A stretch of 64,000 nt of DNA from Dehalococcoidia bacterium (GTDB taxonomy: Bacteria > Chloroflexota > Dehalococcoidia > Lucifugimonadales > UBA2985): positions 24,261-88,260 of the forward strand of contig JACVQK010000001.1 in assembly GCA_015661155.1 (NCBI GenBank), in the 5' to 3' direction. The notes below the pieces were generated by a model. That model did not search any database. It was not told the origin of the DNA and saw only the letters and a list, made by a program, of their open reading frames with translations. A program made the translations under genes and the position numbers. Below are positions 53,068-61,827 of the stretch, piece after piece; positions within the stretch are counted from its first letter, which is position 1, and each line of letters starts with the position of its first letter.

Positions 53068-53303
53068 GTCATTCCGAACGCAGCACAGCGAAGTGAGGAA
53101 TCTAGGGCCTACCTCACTTGCTAAAGGCATAGGCCTTAGATTCCTCGGTCGTCCGCCTTTGGCGGACTCCTCGGAATGACAGGTGGGCAATGCTGGATGG
53201 CATTTTCGTAGACGTAGCAGACGTAGGGTGGGTGAAACCCACCCTTTGATTGCGATGTGTTTGGGCGGTGGGTTTCGCTATGCTCCACCCACCCTGCGTC
53301 TAC
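53068..53303. repeat. two unrelated long palindromic elements side by side
   Basis: GTCATTCCGAACGCAGCACAGCGAAGTGAGGAATC...GATTCCTCGG..CTCCTCGGAATGAC (53068-53180) and GTAGACGTAGCAGACGTAGGGTGGGTGAAACCCACCC...GGTGGGTTTCGC..CCACCCACCCTGCGTCTAC (53208-53303). Confidence 0.8.
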
Positions 53304-53536
53304 TGTAGAACAGGGTCAGGCTCACCATGAGGGGGATTGAGCCTTAACTCGAATAATCGGGAAGGCCCTCCACCGGGGGGCCAGGCAGGGGTTCATCAGC
53401 CCTAAGATGTGCTGGCAATGGCTTTTACGCGCTGAACAATCCTGGGAAGGATTTGGCCTGAGGGGCCCTGCAACACCACGTCGCAGAGGTAAGTCAGGGG
53501 AGTGTCCGCGATGTTGACCTCTATGAGGTGTGCCCC

Positions 53537-54202
53537 TCACATCTTGGCTTCAGGGGGGAATCCCGCCGCGGGGTAGACCAGAGCCGAGGTGCCTATGATG
53601 AGCATGCAGTCGCACCGCTCCGCCTCCTGGAAGCAGACCGACAGCACGTCCCGGGGGATGGGCTCGCCGAAGGAGACGGTGTCCCCTTTGATGAGGCCTC
53701 CACACGCTGGACACCTGGGGGGCAGCTCCCGGATCTGGAACTCCTCCCGCATCCACCTCGTGCCACACCCGATGCAGCGCACCTTTCGTCTGTTGCCGTG
53801 GATCTCCGCTATGTTCTTGCTACCCGCCTCCCGATGGAGGTTATCCACGTTCTGGGTGATGATATGCTTGAGGACTCCCATCTCCTCCAGCTCCACCAGC
53901 GCGTGGTGGCCGGGATTGGGCCGGGCATCCTGCATGGGTCGCCGGGACTCCGCCCCTGGCCCCTCGCTCTCGCGATGGAGAAGGTTGCGCCAGTGGGCCT
54001 CCGGGTCATCCAGAAAGCGCTGGTATCCCCTCATGTCGGGCTCCCCGACCCTGGTATACAGCCCACCGGGGCCTCTGAAAGGGGGTATGCCGCTCTCCAC
54101 GGATATGCCAGCGCCCACCAGGGCTATTACGTGGCGGCTCTGATGGATCAGCCTGCTGGCACCTTCTATCGCCTTTTCCTGCTCCTGTCCGGGGGAAGTC
54201 AT
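53537..54202 (-). CDS. cobB: NAD-dependent protein deacylase (Sir2 family)
   Basis: Trimmed to MTSPGQEQ (GGAGAAAG RBS). GAGISVESGIPPFRG, ITQNVDNLH, EIHGN, Zn ribbon CIGCG..CPACGG. The upstream part of the tracked ORF is repeat-derived. Confidence 0.9.
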   Translation of the reverse strand: MTSPGQEQEKAIEGASRLIHQSRHVIALVGAGISVESGIPPFRGPGGLYTRVGEPDMRGYQRFLDDPEAHWRNLLHRESEGPGAESRRPMQDARPNPGHHALVELEEMGVLKHIITQNVDNLHREAGSKNIAEIHGNRRKVRCIGCGTRWMREEFQIRELPPRCPACGGLIKGDTVSFGEPIPRDVLSVCFQEAERCDCMLIIGTSALVYPAAGFPPEAKM

Positions 54203-54360
54203 GGTCACTTTCTCCTGCTCCGCTCTGGTTCGACAAGCTCGCCATGAGCGGAGAGATAATACCCGCTCACCCTGAGTTTGTCGAAGGGTCATCCGCCCTG
54301 TGTCTTCTGGCCCCTCGGCCACGGGGCTGCACACCCACGATATGTTATCACGGGGAAGCC

Positions 54361-55392
54361 TTATAAGGGTACGATAGCTCCCTTTTCCACCCACAGATTC
54401 TTTGGATCGTCCAGGAGGAGCACGGGTGACTCTCCCCGCTCCCTCTCCAGAAGGGCACCCTCGGCCAGCTTCAGGGTGAGGGCCAGGGTACGGGCCTGTC
54501 CCCGGGAGACGTAGGTGGCTGCCTCCATCTCCCCTATCTTTAGCCGCACATCATCCCGATGTGGCCCCCACTGGGATGAGCCCAGGGCCACCTCCCTCCC
54601 CAGTCCCTCCTCCAGGATGCGGGCAAAGGTGTGGTGGGCGTCCTCCCCCTCCTCACCGTCCAGGGGAATGCTGGGGACATACTCCATAGCCAGCTCCTCC
54701 CGAGCCTCGGTTAGCTGGCAGTAGAGCTCCCTGGCCAGGGCCCTTAGCTCCTGCACCACCTGAGCACGCCGCTGGGCTATATAGACCCCCTCCTGCACCA
54801 TGGCCTGGTTCCAGAAATCCATCTCTTCGGGTTGAGCCCTCCTCTCCCGCAGGAGCCTCAGGAGATGGTTGCGCTGGTACACCACCTTCTGGTATTTCTG
54901 AAGAGACCGGAGATAGGCGCGGTCCATCTGGCATATAAGGATGTCCAGGTAGCGCCGCCGCGCCGCAGGAGGCCCTGAGACCATTTGGATATCCTCGGCG
55001 TCGAAGAGGACGGCGTTGACCACTCCCACCAGCTCCGAGGCTGGACGGGGAATGCCGTTGACCCAGATGTCCTTGCGCAGGTAGGTCTGGTACCCGTCCT
55101 CCCCTGGCCCCTCCAGGTGCATGTCCACCACTATGCGTACCCTGTCCTGCCCCTTTTGGGCGATCCCCAGCACCTGGGTGTGGGCATGGTCGTCCTGGGC
55201 CGTTCTGCTGATGGCCTCTCGGTCGCTGGTGGCCCGGTAGGCCTTGGCGATGGATAAAAGGTACACGGCTTCCAGCAAGTTGGACTTGCCCTGGGCGTTG
55301 CCTCCGTAGAAAACCAGAAGGCCCGGGGGAAGGTCCAGCTCCAGGTGTTGGTAGTTACGAAAGTTGGTGAGGCCCAGGTGGGAGATGTACAT
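54361..55392 (-). CDS. recF: DNA replication and repair protein RecF, C-terminally truncated or replaced
   Basis: MYISHLGLTNFRNYQHLELDL..GGNAQGKSNLLEAV (Walker A), SRGQARTLALTLKLAE (signature), VLLLDD (Walker B), then 14 unrelated residues and a stop. Confidence 0.85.
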   Translation of the reverse strand: MYISHLGLTNFRNYQHLELDLPPGLLVFYGGNAQGKSNLLEAVYLLSIAKAYRATSDREAISRTAQDDHAHTQVLGIAQKGQDRVRIVVDMHLEGPGEDGYQTYLRKDIWVNGIPRPASELVGVVNAVLFDAEDIQMVSGPPAARRRYLDILICQMDRAYLRSLQKYQKVVYQRNHLLRLLRERRAQPEEMDFWNQAMVQEGVYIAQRRAQVVQELRALARELYCQLTEAREELAMEYVPSIPLDGEEGEDAHHTFARILEEGLGREVALGSSQWGPHRDDVRLKIGEMEAATYVSRGQARTLALTLKLAEGALLERERGESPVLLLDDPKNLWVEKGAIVPL

Positions 55393-55519
55393 GGGGGCTG
55401 TCCTTGGAGGAGCCTGTCTTGAGCTGGCCCCATTATATCAGAGGGACATGACTCAGCAGAGGGGTCTCCTTCCCAGGCGGGGCGGGCGCATTTGCAGGCC
55501 GTGAGGGCGTACGAGCGCG

Positions 55520-56047
55520 CTAGGGGGAATGGTGGGTACGGTTCCTCATCCTGAGCGCAAGTGGCTCAAACTCCCGTAGCAGCCATACCGGCGGCTGTCG
55601 TTTGCCTAAATGGGCATGGTTAAAGGAGTTGCGCCTGAACCATCGCGACAGCTCTTCTACTGTTGGCTCAGGCCCACCAGCGGCAACACTCAGTGCCATG
55701 TTAACGGCTTCATCATGAGGCACATAGAAGGCATAGTCGTTAAAGATTAGGAATATGGTAACAGCCGTTAAGGCAAGGCGCTTGTTGCCGTCTATCAAGG
55801 GGTGATTCTTGATGAGGGAGCGGAAAAGGGCAGCAGCCTTGTCAAAGATGGTGCGGTGAAGGAAATCCCCATCGTAAGTCTGTCGTGGCTCTGCCAGGGC
55901 GGACTCCAGGAGTCCGATGCCGTGCTCTCCGCCCAGGTACGCAAAGGCTGGCAGCGGGTCTGGATAATCTGGGTAGAACTCCTCTGCCAGCCTATAAACT
56001 ATGTACTCGACGCCGACGCGGTCGAGGAAGTGGTACTTGCGGCTAAT
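55520..56047 (-). CDS. doc: Doc (death-on-curing) / Fic-fold toxin; no canonical start codon
   Basis: Motif HPLIDGNKRLAL (HxFxDxNKR). The reading frame is open from 56056, but the first ATG/GTG/TTG is TTG at 55798, inside the motif. ATT at 56047 lies 10 nt after AAGGAG. Confidence 0.55.
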   Translation of the reverse strand: MSRKYHFLDRVGVEYIVYRLAEEFYPDYPDPLPAFAYLGGEHGIGLLESALAEPRQTYDGDFLHRTIFDKAAALFRSLIKNHPLIDGNKRLALTAVTIFLIFNDYAFYVPHDEAVNMALSVAAGGPEPTVEELSRWFRRNSFNHAHLGKRQPPVWLLREFEPLALRMRNRTHHSP

Positions 56048-56195
56048 GCTTCTCCAACTCCTTCAGAGCACGCCAGTGCACCTTAATAGCTATCTCGGTG
56101 GCCTCTTTAAATGCTTCCGACACCTGGGGAACTGGCTTGCCTTGCTTCATTGGGGCGTGCTTTTTTGTAGCCGGCTTCTCTGCGTTTTTCGCCAT
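56043..56195 (-). CDS. putative antitoxin (50 aa)
   Basis: ATG at 56195 with AAGGTGA RBS. MAKNAEKPATKKHAPMKQGKPVPQVSEAFKEATEIAIKVHWRALKELEKH. Its stop overlaps the beginning of the Doc frame. Confidence 0.4.
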   Translation of the reverse strand: MAKNAEKPATKKHAPMKQGKPVPQVSEAFKEATEIAIKVHWRALKELEKH

Positions 56196-56269
56196 GGGTC
56201 TCACCTTCGTACGTTTTCTGATGAACTTCGACCTCTTCTACATTATGCCATATCGCTGCGCTGACGGCA

Positions 56270-56830
56270 CTATCGAGGGAACGGCTGTGGCGGGAACCAG
56301 GGAGAGCGCGGATGGGCAAGGAGAGGTGCCATGACCTCCTGCCTGAGCTGCTCCAGCACCAGGCGGTCCGTGGGGAAGGCCAGGGGGTCTGGCAGGGAGT
56401 CCAGAGGGAAGTAGTCCACCATGTCCAGGTCATCTCCCGCGAGGAGGGTGCCGCCGATGACAGTGCCCTGGAACCAGATACCCACGGTCAGGGAGCTGGG
56501 GCTGTGGAAGTTGGAGTGGACGGCGTAAACGTATCCCACCTCCACCTGAAGCCCCGTCTCCTCCAGGAGCTCCCGTCGGGCTGCGTCCCGCACCTCCTCG
56601 CCCCACTCCACGTAGCCGCACGGGATGCACCAGGTGCCCCGGTAGAGGCGGCCGCGGCACCGTCGCCCCAAGAGGACTCGCTGATTCTCAAGGAGAATCA
56701 CTCCCACACCCACCGCGGGTCTGGGAGATGGAGTGAAGCCACATCCTCGGCACACCAGCCGCGAGTTCTCGTGGCGAAGCTGTGTTTCCAGAGGGTCGCC
56801 GCATCTGGGACAGAACCGGAATCCGTTCAC
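56270..56830 (-). CDS. NUDIX hydrolase with N-terminal zinc ribbon
   Basis: CPRCG..CRGCG, then NUDIX box [23 protein letters not shown]. Confidence 0.85.
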   Translation of the reverse strand: MNGFRFCPRCGDPLETQLRHENSRLVCRGCGFTPSPRPAVGVGVILLENQRVLLGRRCRGRLYRGTWCIPCGYVEWGEEVRDAARRELLEETGLQVEVGYVYAVHSNFHSPSSLTVGIWFQGTVIGGTLLAGDDLDMVDYFPLDSLPDPLAFPTDRLVLEQLRQEVMAPLLAHPRSPWFPPQPFPR

Positions 56831-56842
56831 GAGCCTTCTCTC

Positions 56843-57778
56843 CTATCTGAACACCAGCAGTATCGCCGAGGCGCTCACCAGCCACAGGACGATGTCCACT
56901 ATCAGGGGCACGTCGGTGAGGAGTATCTCCTCGGGGCTTTCCCCCAGGCTCTTGTGGTGCACCAGGTAGAGGTAGCGGAACAGGCCGTACATCACGAAGG
57001 GGATGGTGAGCATCATGGCATTGTTGTCCGGCAGGTTTTCGGCGGTGAAGGTGTACAGGATGTAGGAGATCAGGGTAGCCGGAGCCACCAGGGCGATGAG
57101 CTGCTCCAGGAATCGCGGCGTGTACTCCTCCAGGGTCTCCCTCTGCAAGGAGCCGCCCTCCTCCGCCAGAACCACCTCGTTGAGGCGCTTTGAGAAGCCC
57201 AGGAAGAGGGCCCCCAGGCTGGTGCAGACGTACAGCCAGGGGGAGATGGACACGTCCAGGACCACCGCTCCCGCGGCGGCCCGCAGCACGAAACCGGCGC
57301 TGATGGCCAGGATGTCGACGATGATCACCCGCTTGAGGAGGGTGGAGTAGGCCACCATGGTGGCCAGGTATATCAGGGCCACCAGAGCGAAGACGGGCTC
57401 CAGAGCGAAGGCCAGGGCCAGCCCTCCTGCACCCAGGGCGGCGGCCATGCCCAGGGCAATGGAGGGTGGCAAAACCCCCGCGGCGATGGGCCTGTGCCGC
57501 TTCCAGGGGTGATGGCGGTCTCTCTCCGCATCCAGGACGTCGTTGAGCAGGTAAACGGCGCTGGTGATGAGGCAGAAGAGGGCAAAGGCTAGGGTGATTC
57601 GGGCGAAGAGACGGGCCGCCTCGTTCAGCTCCTCCAGGCTCCATGCCTGGCTGACGGTGAAGAAGAAGGCGAAGTAGATGATGAGGTTCTTGGCCCACTG
57701 GCGAGGCCGCATGGAGGTGAGGAGGGCCTTTGCTATATCCCATCCTCCGGCACGAGACACCCTTCCCCCTTCTGCCAT
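56843..57778 (-). CDS. UbiA-family prenyltransferase (decaprenyl-phosphate phosphoribosyltransferase-like)
   Basis: MRPRQWAKNLIIYF..NDVLDAERDRHHPWKRHRPIAAG, 8-9 TM. Start at 57778 or 57817. Confidence 0.85.
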   Translation of the reverse strand: MAEGGRVSRAGGWDIAKALLTSMRPRQWAKNLIIYFAFFFTVSQAWSLEELNEAARLFARITLAFALFCLITSAVYLLNDVLDAERDRHHPWKRHRPIAAGVLPPSIALGMAAALGAGGLALAFALEPVFALVALIYLATMVAYSTLLKRVIIVDILAISAGFVLRAAAGAVVLDVSISPWLYVCTSLGALFLGFSKRLNEVVLAEEGGSLQRETLEEYTPRFLEQLIALVAPATLISYILYTFTAENLPDNNAMMLTIPFVMYGLFRYLYLVHHKSLGESPEEILLTDVPLIVDIVLWLVSASAILLVFR

Positions 57779-57839
57779 GATAGCTGGATGATAAGAGGCT
57801 TCAAGGGACAAAGTCAACCCTGGCCCTAGAAGCTGTTGG

Positions 57840-57975
57840 GAAAACCCTCACCCCCTGTGTTCCCCTCTCCCTTGCCAAGGGAGAGGGGGAGGAAAAGGAA
57901 TCTGGGGGACACCCCCAGACCCCCGTCAGAAGGGGCTTCGCCCCCTCTGCACTCCCCCAGAACAGCATTTACGAA
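57840..57975. repeat. composite intergenic repeat, reverse orientation (right arm type 2, core, left arm B)
   Basis: AAACCCTCACCCCCTGTGTTCCCCTCTCCCTTGCCAAGGGAGAGGGGGAGG..AATCTGGGGGACACCCCCAGACCCCCGTCAGAAGGGGCTTCGCCCCCTCTGCACTCCCCC. Confidence 0.9.
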
Positions 57976-57982
57976 CACCCTG

Positions 57983-59890
57983 CTAGGCGCTGGGTCTGGC
58001 GGCGGGAGAGGGGGAGACCTCGTCCTGGAAGTTCATGGCGTAGAGCCTGGTGTACAGGCCGTCCTTGGACAAAAGCTCCTGGTGCCTCCCCATCTCCACG
58101 ATGCGGCCCTTGTCCAAGACCACTATCTTGTCGGCGTCCTGGATGGTGGAAAGGCGGTGGGCGATGATGATGGCCGTGCGGCCCCGCAGAAGCTCCTTGA
58201 GCGCCTCCTGGATCAGGCGCTCCGTGTAGCTGTCGACGTTGGCCGTGGCCTCGTCCAGGATCAGGATGCGCGGGTTAGCCACCAGGGCTCGGGCAAAGGC
58301 GATGAGCTGCCGCTGGCCTACGCTCAGGTTGCTGCCACGCTCGTGGAGCACCGTATCGTAGCCTTCAGGAAGCCTCATGATGAAATTGTGGGCTCCCAGG
58401 GCCCTGGCGGCCTGCTCTATCTCCTCCTGGGTCGTCTCTCGACGCTGAAAGCGGATGTTCTCGGCCACGGTGGTGGAGTAGAGGAATGGCTCCTGGAGCA
58501 CCATCCCCATCTGACGGGCCAGAGAGTCGCGGGTGATGTGACGCAGGTCGTACCCATCCACCGCAATGCTCCCCTGGCTGACGTCGTAGAACCGCGCGAC
58601 CAGGGCGACCAGGGTGGTCTTGCCCGCGCCCGTGGGCCCCACTATTGCCACCTTCTCCCCAGGGGAGATGTTCAGCGTCACGTCGTGGAGCACCTCCACC
58701 TCCTGGTTGTAGGAGAAGGAGACGTGCTCCAGCTTGAGGTCGCCCTTGATGGGAGGCAGGACCTGGGCGTCGGTCGCATCCACCAGGTTCGGCTTCACGT
58801 CCAGCAGCTCGAAAATCCTCATGCCTGCCGTCATGGCTCGCTGGAGCATGGCGTACTGCATGACCAGGGCGCGGATGGGCTCGAAAAAGCGCTGCACGTA
58901 CAGGGTGAAACCGATCATGGTTCCGATCTCCAGGGCTCCCCTCTGCTCCATCCTGCCCCCGAAGACGATGACGATCCCGAAGGAGATGGCGGTGAGAACC
59001 TCTACGGTGGGCATGAGGCCGGCGGTCAGCCGCAGGGCGTTGAGGTTGGCCCGCAGGTGTCCGGCGTTCACCTCCTGGAACTGGCCCAGGTTGATCTGCT
59101 CCCGGTTCAGGCTCTGGGTCACCCGCACCCCGGAGATGTTCTCCTGGAGACTGGCGTTGACCCCGGAGATGGCGTAGCGAATCTGCATGAAGGCCCGTCG
59201 GGCACGGGTCTGCCAGAAGACCATGGCCACCACGAAGACCGGTATGACAGAAAAACAGATGAGCGCCAGCTGGAAGTTCCAGAGCAGCATCAGCACGATG
59301 ATGCCGAAGAGGCTCAGAATCTCGGCAATACCCACGGCGAAGATTCCCATGAACTCCTGAAGGGCCAGGGCGTCGTTCTGCACCCGGCTCATCAGTCGGC
59401 CCACCTCGTTGTGGTCGTAAAAGAGGACGGAGAGGCGCTGTAGATGGGCGTGCATCTCCGTGCGCAGCCGGTACAGGAGCGCCTGGTTGATCCTGGCCAG
59501 CCCTCTCAGGTGGATGTAGTTCCCCGCCAGGTTGGCCACCACCACGGCGGCGAACAGCATACCCACCCTGTCCAGGCCCGAGACGTCGCCCTTTCGGATG
59601 TAGTCGTTAATGGCCATGCCAACGAGTCGGGGCACCAGAAGCTGGGTAAGGATGTACACCAGCATCGCCAGCATGACCAGGAGGGTCAGCTTCCAGTGAG
59701 GCTTCAGGTAGCCCAGGAGCCGCAGGATGACGCGCTGGTCGTAGACCTTGCCAAACTCCACGTCATCCAGGACCAGGCTGAGATGACCCCGGGCCCTGCG
59801 TACCTCCGCGGCGTTCCCCGGGAGGTTCAGGTTCCCCCCGTGACCACCCCCCCCGTGCCCCCCCCAGCCGCCGCCGCCACCGCCCCACAT
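57983..59890 (-). CDS. ABC exporter, fused permease/ATPase (type I exporter half-transporter) with Gly/His-rich N-terminal extension
   Basis: 6 TM plus NBD (GPTGAGKTT, LSVGQRQLIAFARAL, ILILDEATA). N-terminus MWGGGGGGWGGHGGGGHGG. Confidence 0.9.
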   Translation of the reverse strand: MWGGGGGGWGGHGGGGHGGNLNLPGNAAEVRRARGHLSLVLDDVEFGKVYDQRVILRLLGYLKPHWKLTLLVMLAMLVYILTQLLVPRLVGMAINDYIRKGDVSGLDRVGMLFAAVVVANLAGNYIHLRGLARINQALLYRLRTEMHAHLQRLSVLFYDHNEVGRLMSRVQNDALALQEFMGIFAVGIAEILSLFGIIVLMLLWNFQLALICFSVIPVFVVAMVFWQTRARRAFMQIRYAISGVNASLQENISGVRVTQSLNREQINLGQFQEVNAGHLRANLNALRLTAGLMPTVEVLTAISFGIVIVFGGRMEQRGALEIGTMIGFTLYVQRFFEPIRALVMQYAMLQRAMTAGMRIFELLDVKPNLVDATDAQVLPPIKGDLKLEHVSFSYNQEVEVLHDVTLNISPGEKVAIVGPTGAGKTTLVALVARFYDVSQGSIAVDGYDLRHITRDSLARQMGMVLQEPFLYSTTVAENIRFQRRETTQEEIEQAARALGAHNFIMRLPEGYDTVLHERGSNLSVGQRQLIAFARALVANPRILILDEATANVDSYTERLIQEALKELLRGRTAIIIAHRLSTIQDADKIVVLDKGRIVEMGRHQELLSKDGLYTRLYAMNFQDEVSPSPAARPSA

Positions 59891-59891
59891 G

Positions 59892-61694
59892 CTAGAGTCC
59901 CCCCTTCGACTTCATCATTGAGGTCTCCGACCGGGCCTCACCCGTGCTACCCACTCCGTCGAGCGCCACCTCCTGGGGCCGTAGCTGAAGCTCGTATATC
60001 TCCTGGTAGGGGCCGGACACCCGGATCAGCTCGTCGTGAACGCCTTGCTGCACTATGCGTCCGTCCTTCATCACCAGAACCACATCGGCGTTCTTCACAC
60101 TGCTCAGCCGGTGGGCGATGATGAAGGTCGTTCGCCCCTGGATCACCGCGGTCAGGGCCTGACGGATCAGGTGCTCCGTCTCGGTGTCCACACTGGAGGT
60201 GGAGTCGTCCAGGATGAGGATGGGGGGGTCCAGCAGAAGGGTGCGAGCGATGGCGAGACGCTGTCTCTGGCCGCCGGAGAGGGTCACGCCCCTCTCTCCC
60301 ACGTAGGTGTCGTACCCGTCGGGTAGGCTCTGGATGAAATCGTGCATCTGGGCTATCTTGGACACCCGGATCACGTCCTCCAGAGAGGCATCCACCGCAC
60401 CGTAGGCGATGTTGGCTCGAATGGTGGAGGTGAACATGAACACGTCCTGCTGGACGATTCCCACGTTCTGGCGCAACGATGCCAGGGTGAGGTCGCGTAT
60501 GTCCATGCCGTCTATGGTAATTCTTCCCTCGGTAACTTCGTAGAAGCGGGGTATCAGGTGCACCACGGTGGTCTTGCCGCTGCCGGGGGCACCCAGAATA
60601 GCCACCACCTGGGTGCTGGGCACGGAAAAGCTCACGTCGCGCAGCACCGGCGACAGCTCAGTGTACCCGAAGGACACGCGCTCGAAACCCACGTCGCCCT
60701 TCACCCGCGGCACCACCAGGGCGTTCCGCTTCTCCTTCACGGGGGACTCGGCATCCAGCACGTAGAAGATGCGCTCCCCGCAGGAGATGGCCCGGGAGAA
60801 GCTGTTGACGGTCATGGCCGCCATGCGCACAGGCATGGCCAGGAGATTCAGATACATCAGGAAGGCCACCAGATCCCCTGTCGTCATCTGGCCCTCCATC
60901 ACCTGTCGGCCACCGTACCACAGGACTACGCCGGTGCCTCCCAGGAGGAAGAAGCTGTTCAGAGAGGTGGTGATGGCCTGGAGCCTCTCAGCGTTGAAGC
61001 CCCACTTGGCCACCTCGCCAGCGTGGAGCCGGAACTTCTCCTTCTCGTACTCCTCCGCGGCAAAGGCCTTCACCACCCGCTGCCCGGCCAGGTTTTCTTG
61101 CAGCACCGTGGTCATGCGGCCCATCTCCACCTGCTGGGCCATCCAGTTGCGCCGCATCTCCAGCATGATGGTGGCCGTGCGCCAGATGATAAAGGGCATG
61201 AACACCAGGCTCATCAGGGCGAGCTCCCAATTGGAGACCAGCAGGATGGCGGTGGTGCCAACGACCAGGAACACCATGTAGCTCCCCCGCACCAATCCCC
61301 CCTGGATGAACATCCGTATCCCCTCCACGTCTGCCGTGGCCCGGGACATCAGGTCGCCCGACCTCTCCTTATCGTGGAAGGCGAAGCTGAGCCGCTGCAA
61401 CCGATCGTAGAAGGCGTTGCGGACGTCGTAGGCAACGCGCTGTCCCAGGGACTCCCCCAGGTACTGCTGACCATAGGCAGCGATGCCCCTCAGAACGCTG
61501 ATGCCCAATATCATCAGGGCCAGGACGAGCAACCGGCGGAACTCCCCCGACCCCACGACTTCATCCACCGCTGTCCCCAGGAGCTTGGGGACTGCCAGGG
61601 CAAAGAGGGTGACGGCGATGGTGGAGAGGTAGGCCAGCAGGAGCCTGCCCTTGTATTTTAGAGAGAACCGGGAGATCCTGAGGAGGATGAACAT
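59892..61694 (-). CDS. ABC exporter, fused permease/ATPase (partner half-transporter)
   Basis: 6 TM plus NBD (GAPGSGKTT, LSGGQRQRLAIARTL, ILILDDSTS). Its stop abuts the start of the downstream partner. Confidence 0.9.
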   Translation of the reverse strand: MFILLRISRFSLKYKGRLLLAYLSTIAVTLFALAVPKLLGTAVDEVVGSGEFRRLLVLALMILGISVLRGIAAYGQQYLGESLGQRVAYDVRNAFYDRLQRLSFAFHDKERSGDLMSRATADVEGIRMFIQGGLVRGSYMVFLVVGTTAILLVSNWELALMSLVFMPFIIWRTATIMLEMRRNWMAQQVEMGRMTTVLQENLAGQRVVKAFAAEEYEKEKFRLHAGEVAKWGFNAERLQAITTSLNSFFLLGGTGVVLWYGGRQVMEGQMTTGDLVAFLMYLNLLAMPVRMAAMTVNSFSRAISCGERIFYVLDAESPVKEKRNALVVPRVKGDVGFERVSFGYTELSPVLRDVSFSVPSTQVVAILGAPGSGKTTVVHLIPRFYEVTEGRITIDGMDIRDLTLASLRQNVGIVQQDVFMFTSTIRANIAYGAVDASLEDVIRVSKIAQMHDFIQSLPDGYDTYVGERGVTLSGGQRQRLAIARTLLLDPPILILDDSTSSVDTETEHLIRQALTAVIQGRTTFIIAHRLSSVKNADVVLVMKDGRIVQQGVHDELIRVSGPYQEIYELQLRPQEVALDGVGSTGEARSETSMMKSKGGL

Positions 61695-61759
61695 AACCCT
61701 TCGGTTTCCATACTATCTCGAAAGGTGCAGGGGGTCAATAGTTTGCGTGGCAGGTCTTC

Positions 61760-61786
61760 TTGTGTTATGAAACATGGGTGTATAAT
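61760..61786 (+). promoter_or_regulatory. candidate sigma-70-type promoter for cvpA
   Basis: TTGTGT-N15-TATAAT about 40 nt upstream of the ATG at 61828. Confidence 0.35.
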
Positions 61787-61827
61787 CGCGCTTGTGTAAT
61801 CGCAGTTAGCAGAGGGAGCAGAGAGAT

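Noticed and set aside
53322-53540. Gene-free ~200 nt downstream of the Sir2 gene, checked by eye for SRP RNA, 6S, tmRNA and RNase P signatures.
   Set aside because: None of the conserved blocks of those RNAs are present. The tracked 72-aa ORF is Arg/Pro-rich and unconvincing.
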